Source of the DNA: Urinicoccus sp.
GTDB taxonomy: Bacteria; Bacillota; Clostridia; Tissierellales; Peptoniphilaceae
Length of the DNA stretch: 36,459 bases
Assembly: GCA_029983435.1 (NCBI GenBank)
Contig: JASBZN010000001.1
Span: 1-36,459, forward strand
Reading direction: 5' to 3'
The notes below the pieces were generated by a model. The model was given only the letters and a program-made list of their open reading frames with translations, did not search any database and had not been told where the DNA came from. The position numbers and the translations under genes were made by a program. This document shows, piece after piece, positions 34,324-36,459 of the stretch. Every line of letters starts with the position of its first letter. Position 1 is the stretch's first letter.

Positions 34324-34501
34324 CATACTTTTACTTCATCTGATTAATTCAGTTGTCGAGGCGAATATCTATCCTGTCCACTCTTCCTATCCATCGCCGC
34401 CCTTTTCCGCATGCCTCCGGGATTTTACTTTTGAACTGTTTCCACAAAGTATTTTCAAAATAACATTAAATTCAATTTGATGGAGAGCTTAATGTCGTAG
34501 C

Positions 34502-34536
34502 TCAGGCGAGATTTTACGAGAGAGAATCTCGCCTGA
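34502..34536. repeat. 12-bp GC-rich inverted repeat with no U-tail
   Basis: TCAGGCGAGATT-11 nt-AATCTCGCCTGA. Confidence 0.8.
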
Positions 34537-34593
34537 CTAAGGGAAACCCTAGGATGTTATTGGGACAATTTATTTATTAACAGATCCTCATCC

Positions 34594-36459
34594 TTAAATT
34601 GTTCCTTCTCTATTCCAGAACCTCTGCTTACTTAAGTTCTCTATAAATTTGTCAATATCTTTTATATCCTTGCTTACCATCACTCCATCGGCTTTTTCTT
34701 GTTCTTTTTCTAAGATACCGCTGGCATCACCTATAATCCATAAAGGTTTATAGTGCTTAAAGGTTTCACTAACAAATTCACCAATATTTTTACTAAAGTC
34801 CTTAGAGGGCTTTTCTGGAACCACAACGATTAAAGCATCTTCCAAAACAGGATGAACCGTTTCGTATCTATGTTTTACTATTTGGCCATCTTTTGTATCT
34901 TTCAAGTTCCCTTGAATAATTTCCGCCTTAGCCTTATTGGATTTAATTTTTTCAACTAAGCCTTTAAAGTCAAAAGAGTCGTCGTTGTCGGAATAAATAC
35001 CTACCTTTAGGGTGTCTGGCTTAAAGACTGTGTTCGCTTGGGAGAATTCTGGCATCCTAAGTTTCAGGGCTTCCTTACTTGGTTTACTACCTGCTGGGTC
35101 AAACCCCCGGTCTGGATTTGGTTTTCTCACCCCAACATTTTTGGCAATTTCTTCTGCCATTTCCATATCTACATTGGCAAACATATCCACCACATTTTGC
35201 CGAATTTCTTCTCTTTGAACCTTAGATAATTCAAAAGAGAAAGCATTTATAATATGCTTTTGTTCAACTTCACTTACAGACTTATAAAAAGCCGTAGCTT
35301 GGCTAAAGTGGTCTCTAAAACTATCGTCTCTGGCCTTTATGGCCTTGCCATCAATCTTTTCTTGGTAGTGCTCATAGCCACCGTCCTCAGGACTTTCATA
35401 ATATGGAGATTGGTCATCAATACTTGATTTATGGTAGGCTACAGGCCCTTTATTTATCATGTGTTGATGCCATCCATCTCTTTGGTTATTATGAACTTCA
35501 GCTATAGGTCTATTTATCGGAATTTGTGCAAAGTTTGGTCCACCGAGTCTTAGCAGTTGGGTATCAGTGTAGGAAAAAAGTCTGCCTTGTAATAGTGGAT
35601 CATTCGTAAAATCAATTCCAGGAATAACATTACCTGGGTTAAAGGCTACTTGTTCTGTTTCTGCAAAATAGTTGTCTACATTTTTATTGAAGGTCATTTC
35701 CCCTATTTTTATTTTAGGAATGTCTTCTTCTGGCCAAACTTTGGTTGGATCTAGGATATCAAAGGGGAAGTCATGTTCCTTTTCTTCTGGAAGTAACTGA
35801 ACGCAGAAATCCCAAACAGGATAATCCCCTTGGTCAATAGATTCATATAAATCCTTTCTTTGACTATCTGGATCATTACCTGATACCTTTAAGGTTTCAT
35901 CCCAAACCCTAGAGTGAACTCCCAATTGTGGGTTCCATTGGTATCTAACAAAGGTTGCCTTGCCATCCTTATTTATCCATCTAAAGGTATGAACAGCAAA
36001 ACCATCAATCATACGGAGACTTAAAGGAATTGCCCTATCACTCATTTGCCACATAACCATATGAGCTGATTCTTGATTACGGGTCACAAAATCCCAAAAA
36101 GTATCGTGAGCGGATTGAGCTTGAGGAACTTCTGTATCAGGTTCTGGTTTTACAGAGTGGACAAAATCAGGAAACTTTATAGCATCTTGGATAATAAATA
36201 CTGGCACATTATTACCAGCTATATCGTAGTTTCCATCTTCTGTATAAAATTTTATAGCAAAACCACGTACATCACGAGGAGTATCTGTAGAACCTCTAAA
36301 TCCTGCTACAGTAGATATCCTTGAAAATAGAGGAGTTTGTTTATTGTGACCTGAAAATAGACATGCTTTTGTATACTCACTCATATCCTTAGTAGATTTA
36401 AAAATACCATGAGCACCCACACCACGAGCATGGACAATTCTTTCTGGAATTCTCTCATG
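34594..36459 (-). CDS. katE: Heme catalase, large-subunit (HPII/KatE-type) with C-terminal extra domain; 5' end lies outside the window
   Basis: The frame is open to the window edge: [18 protein letters not shown] (distal His motif), [18 protein letters not shown], and proximal ligand [15 protein letters not shown]. About 130-aa C-terminal extension ending in FKHYKP...RFWNRE. Confidence 0.92.
   Translation of the reverse strand, partial: HERIPERIVHARGVGAHGIFKSTKDMSEYTKACLFSGHNKQTPLFSRISTVAGFRGSTDTPRDVRGFAIKFYTEDGNYDIAGNNVPVFIIQDAIKFPDFVHSVKPEPDTEVPQAQSAHDTFWDFVTRNQESAHMVMWQMSDRAIPLSLRMIDGFAVHTFRWINKDGKATFVRYQWNPQLGVHSRVWDETLKVSGNDPDSQRKDLYESIDQGDYPVWDFCVQLLPEEKEHDFPFDILDPTKVWPEEDIPKIKIGEMTFNKNVDNYFAETEQVAFNPGNVIPGIDFTNDPLLQGRLFSYTDTQLLRLGGPNFAQIPINRPIAEVHNNQRDGWHQHMINKGPVAYHKSSIDDQSPYYESPEDGGYEHYQEKIDGKAIKARDDSFRDHFSQATAFYKSVSEVEQKHIINAFSFELSKVQREEIRQNVVDMFANVDMEMAEEIAKNVGVRKPNPDRGFDPAGSKPSKEALKLRMPEFSQANTVFKPDTLKVGIYSDNDDSFDFKGLVEKIKSNKAKAEIIQGNLKDTKDGQIVKHRYETVHPVLEDALIVVVPEKPSKDFSKNIGEFVSETFKHYKPLWIIGDASGILEKEQEKADGVMVSKDIKDIDKFIENLSKQRFWNREGTI

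Noticed and set aside
36420..36459. Catalase starting at GTG 36420
   Set aside because: The frame continues to the window edge through the conserved [13 protein letters not shown] motif, so the true start is outside the window.

Overview
Bacterial chromosomal window, low to moderate GC, from a Gram-positive anaerobe. The SLH- and stalk-domain surface proteins, gene content and style suggest Tissierellia/Peptoniphilaceae (inference only). It holds about 22 protein-coding genes, two truncated by the window edges. In order: an SLH protein (5' end only); a 3-hydroxyacyl-CoA dehydrogenase with an NADP-type fingerprint; a CD1845-like small membrane protein; a DUF2254 membrane protein; a stalk-domain secreted protein; an AT-rich lysA-dapF-DAACS transporter operon divergent from a sigma54-activator-like regulator with degenerate GAFTGA, Walker B and Arg-finger motifs; a TetR plus radical SAM/SPASM pair; three exported proteins including a DUF3160 lipoprotein; an Opu-type osmoprotectant ABC transporter; a three-gene DUF2229 / dehydratase-like / activase operon; two large divergent surface proteins (2126 aa SLH-anchored, 968 aa CnaB/beta-helix); a DUF853 (YjgR-like) ATPase; and a large-subunit catalase (5' end outside the window). 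I saw no rRNA, tRNA, CRISPR array, integrase or intact transposase. The strongest leads are (1) a putative diaminopimelate-scavenging module controlled by a sigma54-independent pseudo-ATPase regulator with two TTCC-N8-GGAA boxes, (2) a split PlsA/PlsR-like (ether lipid/plasmalogen-type) operon, and (3) a nearby radical SAM enzyme that may modify lipids. All family calls come from motif recognition, not database searches.
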